Source: Corallochytrium limacisporum Hawaii
Taxonomy: Eukaryota; Protista; Pluriformea
Length of the DNA stretch: 43,362 nucleotides
Direction: 5' to 3'
Assembly (NCBI GenBank): GCA_002811645.1
Contig: PDIP01000005.1
Coordinates: 405,766 to 449,127, forward strand
The translations under genes and the position numbers were made by a program. This document shows, piece by piece, positions 32,779 to 43,086 of this stretch. Numbering within the stretch: position 1 is the first letter of the stretch; each line of letters starts with the position of its first letter. The notes beneath the pieces were generated by a model, which was given only the letters and a program-made list of their open reading frames with translations, was not told the DNA's origin and made no database searches.

Positions 32779-35700
32779 ATGAAAATGGAAAACTATCTGG
32801 CAGAAGGTTTGCCCCAGATGGTGGCTGCATTCTGCAGTGATACATCGCTGCAGCACACTGTGACCAGAAGTGAAATTGATAGCGCAAAGGGGCAGCCCGC
32901 GCTCACGGCACTAACAGCAAGTTTGTTTGGGTGTACCGAGTACGAGGTGCTGTGGCAGTTTGGTGAATTCTGGGTGGAGAATATGTATCGCGGACCCATT
33001 CGCCACGGCGTCAAGGAACTACCCAAACGGCGAGTACAGTCTCTGGCTACTGCATTGACCGTGCTTCTGCATGTACATTCGTCAATTCATGAACGACGTG
33101 GAGACTCCGGTCAGTTTTCTTTGCCCACCTTGGAAGTATCGCGCACTTCAGCCGTATCCACGGCGGGGGAACACAGTCTGGAGCTAGTGGTGCGTGAGAT
33201 TGATGCGGAGATGCTGCCATTTATGGAGGGCATTGTACGTGGTACTGCCCGATTGGTTGGCTACGATACCGACCATGTCACGGTCGACACTGTGCCCAAC
33301 GCTGAAGAAACCGACAGTTTCATCATGACAGTGTTACTGGTGAAGGGTGACGACGAGGATACTGTACCCCACATGAGCGTCCGAGAAAGTCTGCCTCCGA
33401 TTGCACTCGATCAGAACTTCGTTGATCGGGTGTTTCCGTTCCATTTCATTCTTGGAAGCAACCTGGAAATTGTGCAGATTGGAAGCTTCCTCCACAACGT
33501 ATGCCAACACATCAAGGTCGGTGACGACTTCCGGAAGCATCTGTGGCTGAAAAGCCCCCAAATTGACTCTGCTTCATTAGGCCTCGATGTCTTTGAAATT
33601 CACAAGAACCGCACCTTCGTGTTTGAGGTCATGGGCATCGTGTTGTCGGGACAAATAACACTGATTCAGAACGGGACACTTGCTCTGTTCATGGGCAGTC
33701 CGGACCCTGATAGCCTGAGGGATTATATGAGGCTACGGCATACATACCGTGTGAACAACGGAATATACGACGCAGCAATAACAGGTGGTGACAACGCCGA
33801 GGAGAGCGGCGGTGAAGAGCGGGGATCTGACTCGAGCACTCTATACAGACTCGAAAACATGAGCTTCTTCAGGATGCCCCCCTTGAGCCGGAAACCTATA
33901 CTTCATCAGGCCACTGCGGTGGAGCCCAAGCATGGGTCAATAGCTACAGAGACTAGCGCCACTGCCAAACCGTATTCACAGGCCACCCGGAGCACCGCCA
34001 TGGCCGCTGCGGTACCTAAATTCAATGGCAAGCGCCATGTGCATGACGATGAAGGTACGGATACCGAGAGTGCGGAGTCTGTGGTTGATTCTGACTCCCC
34101 GATATCCATGCTACCCACTGCTACGGAACTGTCCAATTGCCAGGACATTGTAGACGAGGCGATGGCGTTGTGCAACAACCAACAGGGATCACCCATCACC
34201 ATAACCCGCACCAGCTCCGATTCTGCTGCCAAGCAATTGGAAACTGCGGATGACGACAAACCTAGGAATCCGATTCCTCTGACCAACTACAGCAACTCCA
34301 CTGTGGACCTGCGGCCACCGATCCAGAAAATACGAGATCGCCTGTCAGCCATTGCAACTGAAGTGGAGGACGAGAGGATCCGAGCACAGTTGGATATTGT
34401 CATGGCTGAACTCACGCATAATGACGATGTGTACCTGCCCATCCTGCAAGTACAGCGAGCCAAGGATGGCAAGTCCCTTACTGTCAGCTCCGCCACTCCC
34501 GAAGGTCTGGTGCCATCACAGCCCTCCTTCGACAATGGCACACAGGGTAATGTCGCCGATGTTGGGGAGCTGAATGAGTACATGAAGTCGTTCTTCCCAC
34601 CCACCCTTCCCGACAGTGCAACTGTGGAGGGTGCTAGGGAGGGACGCCGAGAGTCGGTGGTCAGCCTGGGCGTCACTTCAGTGACATCTGGCCATTCTGA
34701 TGACGAAATGGAAGAGTTCAACGGAAAGCGGCTATGGAGTAAAGCTCCCGTCGAGCGCAGTGATAGTCTGGGTCTGTCCCAGTCCAATGGTGCTGGTACC
34801 GAGACGGATACCATTGAAGTTGCAAGCCCCGTGACTGTGAGTAGCAGCAGCCCAGTGGGTTCCTCTCTCTCTTTACCCCAGCATTCTGGGTTCCTGACTA
34901 TCCTGACCCCAGAGCATAAGGAGGAGGGCGCTCAGATCGTGTATAGCCCGGTGTGGACTCAATATTTCTGCACAATGACCGCAGATTCCACCCTGCACAT
35001 CTACGTATCCGAAGGAGGTGGAGATGAGGGCGTTTCAGAAGTTGCCGCTTTCGGGGAGAACGAAGATGAGGAACGCTACGGGAAGCTAACCGATATCAAG
35101 ATGAAGCAATTTTCTCTTCAGCGCCTGGCCATCAAAGATGGTGTCTTCTGTATTGAAATGGTCAATACTAACAGTCCGGAGGGCACTGGCTCCCTGTTTC
35201 TGGCTGCCCGCAAACCCAATCGGACTCTCCGCTGGTACCGGGTCATAGGTCGTATCTGTAGTGCCCTATCCGGTGGACGTCACAAGTGTGTGCGCCAGCC
35301 AGTGCCGCGTATGCTGGGTGCCGATCTGTCCAAGGTATTTGTTCCGACCTCAATGGCCCGCATCGAAGGGCGCCGCAGTCCGTTTGCCCGCTGTCGGCGT
35401 ACTACTGACAATGTGGCTAATGTATCCCTACACTTTAGCACAATGTTGCTGGAAGAGCGCCGTGAGCGTGGGCTGAGCACTACGGAAGACGGTGAGGATG
35501 GAGAAATTGAGGACGGCATGGTTGAGTCGGAAGGCAGCGATAAGAACTGTGCACAAGATGTCATGCGTGCCTCCGATATCAATCGGCTGGACTTTGACCT
35601 TTGGACTCTTAGTGAAGTGCTCTGCCAATATCCGTTACAGTACCTGACCATGCAGTGCATACAGGCCTACGACTTGTGCAACAAGTTGAAGATCAACGAG

Positions 35701-35949
35701 CGCAGCATGCTGAACTTTCTGTTTGTGATCGAGAGCGGATACCGCGCTTCCAATCCTTACCACAATTCGATTCACGCAGCCGACGTGGTACAGACCATGT
35801 TCTACTTCCTGCGTACCCTCAAACTGGACCAGCACTTCAACGACGAGGATATACTTGCCTCCCTACTGGCTGCTGCCGTGCACGACTATGGCCACCCCGG
35901 TGTGAACAACGCATACCTCGTAGCTTTTGAGGATGACCTGGCGCTGTGC

Positions 35950-35981
<32 letters not shown>

Positions 35982-36594
35982 CGTGTCCAAGGCCCTCACC
36001 ATCTTGAAGCAGCCCGATTGTGATGTTTTTGCAAACTTTAGCGAGCAGCAATTCAAGCGCATTCGCCTGCTCATGATTGAGATGATCTTGAACACGGATA
36101 TGGCCTATCATTTCGAGCTCATGGGCAAGTTCAGCGGAGTCAGTACCACTCTGAGTGAACCTAACCTACCCGCCAAAGACCACCAGGCGTCACTGCGTCT
36201 GATCATGTCCATGGCATTGCATTGTGCTGACGTATCTAATCCGGCCAAACCGGAGTCCCTGTACGTGGAATGGGCGTACCGTGTCATGGAAGAGTTTTTC
36301 CGCCAGGGTGAGAGCGAGCTTGCCAATGGCCTGCCCATCTCTCCGTTCTATGAGCGTGCCACCAAGAACATTCCCAAATGCCAGACTGGTTTCATCAATT
36401 TCATTGTCAAACCACTCTTTGAGCTCTTTGCCAAGTTCCTTCCGGGACTTCACGATGAGTGTTTGCCGAATCTGGAGGACAGCCTGCAGATGTGGGCCCG
36501 TAAGGAATTGCCGGAGGCCAAGTGGTACCGCGGCATGGTGGCCCACGACACACGTGAGAAGGACGAGGCCGCAGTAAATGAGGAAAGCGCCTAA
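32779..36594 (+). CDS. Class I 3',5'-cyclic nucleotide phosphodiesterase fused to N-terminal H-NOX-like + H-NOBA(PAS) domains and a PH-like domain, 1271 aa
   Basis: PDE motifs YHNSIHAADV, HDYGHPGVNN, YNDKSVLENMH, LNTDMAYH, HCADVSNPAK, MEEFFRQG and KCQTGFINFIV (~35570-36510). H-NOBA motifs VFPFHFILGSNLEIVQIG..LSGQI..LFMGSP (~33400-33740). H-NOX-like aa 3-187. PH-like SGFLTI..WTQYFCTM..TLHIY..LFLAA..RWYRVI (~34885-35262). The true start may be Met3 (32785). Confidence 0.93.
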
Positions 36595-37164
36595 TGCGCG
36601 GCCTCTGGCGTAGTAGGTATGTCTGGAGAACCACTTCACGAAGGAAAGTGGCTCAGCAATGTCAAGGTGAGCCACTGGTGCAATGGTTGTCACAAGCAGA
36701 CACACAACAAAACACACCACCAGTCGAAAACGCAGTCAAATATCGCTTTGACAAGTAATCTTCAATTAGATGTCTCTATACATGTTTATGTACTGTACCG
36801 GTTCGCCTCTTCTGGAGGAGTGCTTTGGCAACCTTCGGTCGCGCCGCACAAATTGCGCCACTCTCCCCGCTCATGTGTCTTCGCCTTGACACTGTCACCG
36901 TACCCCGGCCCCCCCCCCACCCCGGGGGGCCGGGAGGGGACAGGGGGGCCTCCCGCAACAGCCGGCTCCAGATGGTTCTGCAGTCTGTGTGGCATGCGTT
37001 TGGGCCACTAAGCTCGGTGGGTAAAGGTGGTATTAACAACAGGTGTGTGTGTGGCTGTGCATGACGAAGAGTACATTAGATCGGGATGAAACAAAACGAT
37101 TGAGGACAACCGGGCAACGAAATAGTAGTACAATCGTTAAAGCCTACAATAAAGAATTTATGTT

Positions 37165-37683
37165 ATGGTAGAGAACAGAGTGAAAGCAGCCGCTGATGCC
37201 TACCGTCAGGAGGTCAGCCAAAGCATCCGCGACTATGAGGTCTTCATTGAAGAGAAACTCAAACCAGAACTACAACAAATGTACGAACTTCGAGATACTG
37301 TGTATGCTAAAATTACACAGCATTTGAACCTGCGCAGGGATGTGCAGAGAATCAGAAATCTACGCAAGGACCACGGGCAGAAGGACCTGCGCACACGGAT
37401 ACCCCTCGAGGCCGCAGATTTCATGGTGAATGCGTATATACCGGATACTGAATATATCTATATAAAGGTGGGCTACGGTTTCCATGTCCAGTTCAGTCTC
37501 GACGAGGCTGAGGTGTACATCACAAGAAAAATAGAGCACCTGGAATCCCAAGCGGACGAAATTACCAAGGATCTCGCCAAGGTCAAGGCCAATATTCGGG
37601 TGATGCTGGGGCACCTGGACGATTTGATGACGCAGGCCCAGGTCACCGGTGTTGGAAGTGCAAATGCTCCAGTGCCATCATGA
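37165..37683 (+). CDS. UXT: Prefoldin alpha-like protein UXT, 172 aa
   Basis: Coiled coil-beta hairpin-coiled coil layout. YEVFIEEKLKPEL..RDTVY and FMVNAYIPDTEYIYIKVGYGFHVQFSLDEA..KVKANIRVML match the UXT pattern. Confidence 0.9.
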   Translation: MVENRVKAAADAYRQEVSQSIRDYEVFIEEKLKPELQQMYELRDTVYAKITQHLNLRRDVQRIRNLRKDHGQKDLRTRIPLEAADFMVNAYIPDTEYIYIKVGYGFHVQFSLDEAEVYITRKIEHLESQADEITKDLAKVKANIRVMLGHLDDLMTQAQVTGVGSANAPVPS

Positions 37684-37799
37684 CACTGACCGGGTCATAC
37701 TATACAGATACATATCGCCACACAACTTTCGGATAGTAATCATGTTCAGATTTCTTTAATGTATATCTAGTTTTTGGTACTATGTCCCATAAATTTCCC

Positions 37800-38756
37800 T
37801 TATCTATCGGTTTCTTTCTTCTTTTCTGTTCGACTACCATCGAAACAAGAAATAACGCGCACACTAAAGCGTGTAAACCAATTAGGTTTCTTTCTCTGAG
37901 CCCGAGACTTCCGATTGCCTCTACCGTTCGCCCCTGAACCAATGACCCCACTGCCACCAGCATATTCCTCGTAGAATATCTGATACGCAAGCTGACGTTG
38001 GTATTCTTCTGCTCTAAAGAGGTCGGCATGGTCTGTGAGATCGATGGTGATCAAACCTGCCTCGAACTCTTCGAAGCGATGCTGCGCTGGGCACTCCGGG
38101 AAGGCACCCTGGACGACGAAAACTGTGCATTTATCTATCTCCATCTGTCGCAAGTACATCTCCATGTACGTCCTCTGCATGGGCACCGGATGCCATTCGC
38201 GTGAGTCTAACCGAAACCATTGATGTCCGAAGCGACGCAGAGAGAGCCAGTGATGCCCACAATGCACGATATACCCCATGGCAGATGACGGACTCACACG
38301 GGTTGTGAGCTGAGCTGTTGATTTGATCGGAATCATTTCCAGACTAAAGATACTCAGTGCCTTCTGTAATACCTGTGAACTGAAATTGCCACCGTCATCG
38401 AAATTTCTTGCGAAAGAACGGGAAGGAAGATGCTTTCTCTTTCGCCTTCTTCTGCGTTTCGTTTCCTCACTATCCGATCCTGCTTCCTCATTATCTAACT
38501 TCGCTTTCCCAGCATCTGACTTCGCTTTCCCATCATCTGACTTCGCTTTCCCATCATTTGATCTTGTTTTCTCAGTGCGCCGAGGCCCGTCTAGTAGGGC
38601 CTCCTCTGCCCGATCCAACTCCTCCGCGATTGTTGCAAGCTCGAAGGCTGTAAAGTAGTCCAATTGTAGCAGATTATTGAGACAATGCTGGGCACAGAGC
38701 CCTCCCTTTTGCCTTTCATGGTATACAAACGTTGAGTAGTGGATAGGCCCAGCCAT
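37800..38756 (-). CDS. ATXN3: Ataxin-3-like Josephin-domain deubiquitinase, 318 aa
   Basis: VYHERQKGGLCAQHCLNNLLQ (catalytic Cys21), NFDDGGNFSSQVLQKAL, HHWLSLRRFGHQWFRLDS (catalytic His and Asp), VFVVQGAFPEC. Confidence 0.9.
   Translation of the reverse strand: MAGPIHYSTFVYHERQKGGLCAQHCLNNLLQLDYFTAFELATIAEELDRAEEALLDGPRRTEKTRSNDGKAKSDDGKAKSDAGKAKLDNEEAGSDSEETKRRRRRKRKHLPSRSFARNFDDGGNFSSQVLQKALSIFSLEMIPIKSTAQLTTRVSPSSAMGYIVHCGHHWLSLRRFGHQWFRLDSREWHPVPMQRTYMEMYLRQMEIDKCTVFVVQGAFPECPAQHRFEEFEAGLITIDLTDHADLFRAEEYQRQLAYQIFYEEYAGGSGVIGSGANGRGNRKSRAQRKKPNWFTRFSVRVISCFDGSRTEKKKETDR
38498..38560. repeat. 21-bp coding tandem repeat x3 inside the Josephin gene
   Basis: acttcgctttcccagcatctg / acttcgctttcccatcatctg / acttcgctttcccatcatttg, encoding 7-aa units SNDGKAK-SDDGKAK-SDAGKAK on the minus strand. 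Confidence 0.95.
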
Positions 38757-39929
38757 ATTGTTAAGATGTGTGTCTAGCGGACTGCGCCTTAGCCGATTCT
38801 ATGTTGCATCTTTTGGGTCTATTTTGCCCGCAGCGGCAATATTTCTTTAAGGTGTAATTTTTTATGCCTATGTAAATTTTCAATAAATAACGCCATTGTT
38901 GAGCAGTGGACATGAAGTAACTATTCTGATGTAGCACGATAGTCTTTGTGCTAAGCGGCACTGTTCACATCAGATACTGTCATTTGGGACGTCTGAAAAG
39001 GCAAGAAAAAAAAGCCAGTCCTGCCCCTGGCCCCCCCCTTCCCCAAACTGACTGATACACACCCCTTATCCTCCCATTTATGTATTACGTTCTGGAGAAC
39101 TCCACGGGCCCGCAGGCCGAAAACGAGGGTGCAACCGCCCAAAATGGTTCCGCGGGGACGGGAAGAAATTTACTTTCAACCGCACACAACCCCGCACGAC
39201 GTGACGTGCTCTAGTAGGGTGAGGGGAGACATTGCCCTGGTCTCCCTCAAGGGGGTGTACCCAGGGCACGAAAAGCAGAGGGACAGCTAGTGGTGCACTA
39301 CGGCTGTGGGAAGAGGGGCGGGTGTTTTGGCACTCCGAAGGGGGAAATATTAGTGGATTCTTATTCCTTGATTCAGTATTTATTTGAAATTTTGGCCCCC
39401 GTCCCCGCGCCCCGGGGAGGCCCTGGAGAGGGGGGGGGGCGGGAGGAGAGTGGGTGTGCTCCTATGCCCGAGCGGTCGCCAAGGGGAAGGGGCTTGGGGA
39501 GGGGGCCTCTCTTGATTGAGGCCTTCTTCCTTCATCGGGTGGTGAGGAAGGGCAAGGAGGCTGGGATAGCGCTTATGGAGTGATGACTCTATAGTACGAT
39601 CAATGGACAATGCTATTCACTATGTAGAATGATTGTAGATGGATGCACGTCGATGCTCCTCATCCTGTCGTACGATGCAGATTCTTGTGTAAGGGGTCTC
39701 ACAGACGAGAATCCAAGGCGTTCGCGCGTTCGCCATCGGCATATTGAGCATTCTCGATTGAAGTACCCAACACCCAAGCCACCCATCATCACCGGTGAGA
39801 CGCCGTCAGTACTGTACCATATCCTAAGGCAAGTCATGGATGACTATTTTTAGCATCATGTGCAAATTACACAGCGGCGCTTGTGGAGGTGATTGCGATG
39901 GTGGGCTTCTCAGGGCTCCTCTCGAGCAA

Positions 39930-40255
39930 ACCACATCCTCTTCAGTCGAGCGAATGTGACGGATGCGTACACATGCACAATTCAAGGGAAACGGATGGGG
40001 CGACTGGGGAAGCAATTACAAGGATCGTGTACTGTGTGAAACAATGCCAAACAAAGGTACGAAGCCGGCCACTGCATTTATCATGTATAATCCGATTTGC
40101 CTATTCGTTCGTTGCGACAGCTAACAACAGCTTGCGAAGAAGTCCCATCGGAGAGCCTCTGTGACCGCAGGAGGAACACAAAGTTGAGGAGAAGGAATAT
40201 GGCACCTAACCCTGACTTTGGCTGCTTGTTGCAATTTCCGGAGTACTGGCAAACC
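39930..40255 (+). pseudogene. Possible decayed dual-specificity phosphatase fragment
   Basis: KLRRRNMAPNPDFGCLLQF (40181-40237) resembles the DUSP C-terminal motif KxRRxxIxPNxxFxGQLLQF. The upstream CQ/KG..ATAFIMY only loosely recalls HCxxGxSRSATxxxAY and needs frameshifts and stops. Confidence 0.25.
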
Positions 40256-43050
40256 CAGCTGGGCCCATAGGTCTGTAGCAATAGCAGCAGGGTGCATGCA
40301 TCCATCCTCCATCATCTCTCCCCGGTCATGGATACCACTGGACTGCTGGTACGATGGTAGTACCTAGGTGGTATCTTATCGCATCCTCATTTCGTCATCA
40401 TTGGCACCCAAGTACATCTCATTAAGCAGCGCAGTACAGGTCATCGGCCGAAGACCTACCTACCTTGGCTTGATATATTGCTGTTTATTCTGTTGCAAAG
40501 GACGCGAGCATCTAATTTAAGATGGGAGTGAAATTGGAAGTCAGTGGATGCGAAGCTAGTGCAAGATTGCTGCCTTGTGGAACGGAGCATGTTGCCCCAC
40601 ATCCTGACCATGATGTCAAAGTAAGCAGTTGGTACTGTAGGGAAGGTCTGGGGCAACAAATGTTACTACACCGGTCTCATATCCTTCCAAATGTGTTGTA
40701 TACGGAATGTTGTTATATGTATGGGCCTGTCTCGTATTGTATTCGAACACGGACAGTGTCGTCCTGGCTCTACTGAGGACACTGTTAGTTGCTTGCTGGT
40801 ATCTGCGGTTGAGAAGGGAGACAAGCGGGAGAAACATACATAAACTTCCGTCAGAACCTCATCCTTCATCACCAAGGACAAATCTGATACGTAGATGGGG
40901 TTACCTTGAGGGTCATAACTTTTACCGGTGCACACCGTGCATAGTAGCGAATATTAGTTCACTCTGCTGACGCTACGTGCCACTCCTTCTGTATCTGCTA
41001 CATATCGTTCGCGTCTCCAAAGTGCCGCTGCTAAGGGCATACTTGACCTCAAACTGTAAATCAGAAAGTGTTGTCTCTGTTGTTGCTGTTGTTGTGGTTG
41101 TGTCTATGTGAAATCATCAACGCGGAACGGCATGGCAGCCTCATAGTGAAGACATTGATAGGGACGTGCTTCATGTAGTCTCAGATCTTTTGAAGTTGGG
41201 TCTGTTCGTCTCCGGTGGTCTTGGAGAACACTGGAAAGGAGGGCTGCATGTTCTTTTCTCTCCGTCCCAGACAGGAAGCTGGCCATAGATTGGATATTGC
41301 GCCGTTCCATTGACAAACTGCTTGTTGAACCGCTTGTTCCTCTATGCACAAGTAGAAAAAGCCATCACTGAATGTGCGTCGTAAGGAGTTGCCAAAAATA
41401 CATTTCCATTGTAATGACGGCTGCGTGGGGGTAGGGCACGGAATACACATCTCACTGAGTTGCACGTCTCTGTGCCATAGTAATTGCTGAGAAGCACGGG
41501 CAAGTTGTCCATCCATTGGTGATCTATTGACATAGAGATATTGATGGATGATGGCTGGGCCCATATTATATCTGAACGTTGTCTACGGAGCTGCTAGCCA
41601 TCATGAATATCTCACTAGTCGCACACACGAGCATGGCCTGCGTTGTGTAAGAAAGCATAAATCACTCCTGCTTAGCCAGCTGGTGTGCATGTCCAAGCCT
41701 AAGGGTGAAGAGCTGCCCTTTGATTGGATCTGTGCCAAGGCGAATGTCAGATACGTAGGGGACCTTGACATCACTATTTCTCTGACAATAGTAAATGTGT
41801 GAGAAAATTTTCTTTTCTCTGGGTGAATTTTTTGTTTCCTTCCCGGAGTTCCCCGCTCCCCCCCCCCTTGTCGATGGGATTGAAAACTTCAGTGGGAGGA
41901 GAGTATCCCCACTGACAATTTCATTTCCATATCTCTCCACCCCTTGCAGCGATGGAGATTTGCTACTATCTCTTATACCGCCGCTCCATTGTCCGTGCTG
42001 TTTGAATGACCGAAGAATGACGCGGGGCACTGCTTGTCCAGCTGATAACGACCGCACAGTGAGAAGACTCAACACAGGGCTGGTGGTGTAGGATAGGGCA
42101 ATATCGTCCTCACAGACACATAGCACACATAGCACAGACCACTTGTCCACTTGCCAGCTGCAGAGTGAAGGCCTGGTTGGCCTGCAGTGGTTTGGCAATC
42201 AGGTTCAGCATGATTAGGAGAGTGAGGGGGAGTGACGGACGCGGGGTACGCATGTGGGGTCCTCGTGTACATCCATGGCTCGGCGATGGATGTCAGAGCT
42301 CACAGTACTGGTAACAGACAGAGAGCATCCACTCAGTGCCAAGCTTTATGATTTCCCTGTGGCCTAAGCCCGATCTCTCGAAACAAAGTATCGGTATCGA
42401 ACGATTCATTTTCTCCCAGTCTCGCGGCGTACAAGAACGCGGAGGATCCTTCTGGCTTGTGCCCTAACATCGCGCCCCGGGGGGGGGGAGTCTGGGGGTT
42501 GAGGGGGGTTCGGGAGAGACGATTCGACATTCACCCCTAGCGACCGTTGAAGCGAAGAATCTATCTCAGTGTACTACCATGGAGAAATGAGGGGGAGGGA
42601 GAGGGGGGGTTTGGTGGTGAGCGCATCCCCGACGCAAGAGCCAAAAACTTCGGTGGGGGACGCAAGAAGGCAGCTGACTGGTGACCCTCCCCAGCAACGG
42701 ATTACAGGGAACAATTCTGCCGACCACACGCGCATACCTCTATGGCACATATACGCGAATATTAGGGGCAATTCCGGAACTTAATATACCGTAAAATTGG
42801 GCATCCTCTGAACGCCCTATACTAATTCCAAACCAGGCAGTGTTGGATACCACCAGATATCATCGGTTGCGTCTCCGTTGGCACCAATGAGAGGCACGGA
42901 GGGGCGATCGACAAAAGATTCCGGGCGGTGTTCACCAACCCAAGCCTACGAACCGTACGCGACATGCAGCCGACGACATGGGCCATCCACAATTCATCCA
43001 CTCATCAAACCTCAATGTACTTGCTCCGACTTCATGTGCTTGTCTGTCCG

Positions 43051-43086
43051 TATGTGTCTGTGTGTGTCTGTGTGTGTCTGTGTGTG
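43051..43086. repeat. (TGTGTGTCTG)n degenerate GT microsatellite
   Basis: tatgtgtctgtgtgtgtctgtgtgtgtctgtgtgtg. Confidence 0.8.

Noticed and set aside
41181-41564. 127-aa minus-strand ORF starting GPAIIHQYLYV (DUSP N-terminus-like)
   Set aside because: Opposite strand to the putative DUSP relic and no further motifs; likely chance.
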